From Candidatus Kapaibacterium sp. (GTDB lineage: Bacteria; Bacteroidota; Ignavibacteria; Kapaibacteriales; UBA2268): DNA of 64,000 nt. Shown here in pieces: positions 62,793 to 64,000 of the stretch (positions are counted from its first letter, which is position 1; every line of letters starts with the position of its first letter). Location: NCBI GenBank assembly GCA_965140345.1, contig OZ223198.1, positions 102,222 to 166,221 of the forward strand, in the 5' to 3' direction. Below the pieces are notes generated by a model, which was given only the letters and a program-made list of their open reading frames with translations, did no database searches and was not told the DNA's origin. Made by a program: the position numbers and the translations under genes.

Positions 62793-64000
62793 CTACATTT
62801 TAGTGCCATACTCAAATAGAATAGTTACCGGTAATCGGTCTTTCCCGTTGAATTTTTGATTTGGTCTAAAACCGCCTAATTCTTTGATCGCTGTAACTGC
62901 TGATTCGTCAAAACCATAACCTGCTCTTTTTTCAACTTTTACATCCTGAGCTAAACCATTTGCATCCACAGAAAAAGTTAATTCAACTTCTCCTTTGGCT
63001 TTTTCTGTACGCGCTTCTTCAGGAAACTCGATTATTTTTGGTATTCTGTAACATTGTTTATGGCTGAGCACTGGAAGTCCAAACATATCAGATTCAGCAT
63101 CTTCTGCAGGGTTATTATAACCAACTTTATAATCTGCATGAGGCAATTTTGTCATTACTGTTCCGGATGCATTGTAAGTATGCCATTTCTGCTCATCGCC
63201 TACAATTAGCTCAAATCCATCGAGAGCTTTGATTGCTTTACCGTCTTTCATGGCGGGTTTATACTTCGGATTTATATCTTTTATAATTGATAAAAGAATG
63301 TTTTCCATTTCTTTATCTATACTTCTTCCGTTTTGCCACTTTTTGTGGTCAGCAAACTTAGAATTACTGATGAAAGGTTCTCCGATATTCCCTTTTTCGT
63401 CAATTTCATATCCTATCCAAAATTTAGCTGTTTTTTCGCCAGTAGCCCAATCTGCAGGCATTTTTGCTTCTAATCTAGTTTCAAATTCTGTGCGAATAGA
63501 TTCGGTTTGCAATTCTGCATATTTATCTGGCTTTTCATAGTCCATATGAGTTTTTTTATGATTAGAATTGCACGCAAAAATGATAAAAAGTACAGCTATT
63601 GTTGGTAAAACCAGTAGATATTTAAAACCTGAAATTGCTGAAGATTTTTTCTTTTCAAGCATTTTAATTCTCCTTATAAGTTTAATACCGTCAAAACTAT
63701 TTGCCAGGCTTGCAACATTGGCGCCTAAAGTAAGATTAACTAATGAATCCATATATTCCGCTTTACTTCTCAAAAAGGATGTAGCACCGGAATCTGCTAT
63801 ATATTCGTGTGTTGCTTTTAAGTCTCTTGCAAAAAGGTATATAAATGGATTAAGAAGCTGGAATGACTTAAGCAATTCCATAATATGGAGATCCAAATTA
63901 TGCCACTGAATCGCGTGAGTTAACTCATGAGCGATGACGGCATCTCTTGAGCTGCTTTCAAAAATGGAACGTGGAATAACAATCTTATTGAAATAAGTAA
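62793..64000 (-). CDS. M56 (BlaR1-like) peptidase fused to TonB C-terminal domain(s); 5' end outside window
   Basis: Frame is open to the window edge: YFNKIVIP...IAHELTHAIQWH...NPF...HEYIAD; C-terminal GEVELTFSVDANG...FDESA TonB_C. Confidence 0.85.
   Translation of the reverse strand, partial: TYFNKIVIPRSIFESSSRDAVIAHELTHAIQWHNLDLHIMELLKSFQLLNPFIYLFARDLKATHEYIADSGATSFLRSKAEYMDSLVNLTLGANVASLANSFDGIKLIRRIKMLEKKKSSAISGFKYLLVLPTIAVLFIIFACNSNHKKTHMDYEKPDKYAELQTESIRTEFETRLEAKMPADWATGEKTAKFWIGYEIDEKGNIGEPFISNSKFADHKKWQNGRSIDKEMENILLSIIKDINPKYKPAMKDGKAIKALDGFELIVGDEQKWHTYNASGTVMTKLPHADYKVGYNNPAEDAESDMFGLPVLSHKQCYRIPKIIEFPEEARTEKAKGEVELTFSVDANGLAQDVKVEKRAGYGFDESAVTAIKELGGFRPNQKFNGKDRLPVTILFEYGTKM

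Overview
Low-GC bacterial chromosome segment. T9SS C-terminal sorting domains and a TAnnTTTG promoter element point to the Bacteroidota/Chlorobiota/Ignavibacteriota/Kapabacteria lineage (inference). Core genes: tRNA-fMet, AddA-like helicase-nuclease, eukaryote-type citrate synthase, mdh, pfkA, korAB, nifJ with a DHOD-like partner, mraZ-rsmH, ilvE, M49 and M56-TonB peptidases. Accessory material is interleaved with these: an arsenic-resistance cluster (permease, ArsF/ArsG-like, arsC, a Cys-Cys outer-membrane protein, acr3); three tandem paralog arrays (BNR lipoproteins at 8.5-11.8 kb, five T9SS cargo genes at 30.3-37.5 kb, four membrane proteins at 41.4-43.7 kb), the first two with conserved junction DNA around variable bodies; a 15-Cys small ORF next to a DUF5685-like enzyme; a T9SS gene flanked by a duplicated lexA 3' end; a LexA homolog lacking both the scissile Ala-Gly and the catalytic Lys; several REP/REPIN/MITE-like repeat families; and an inactivated HUH (IS200/RAYT-like) transposase. 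No CRISPR array, rRNA, integrase or reverse transcriptase was seen. All family assignments come from motif recognition by eye, not database searches.
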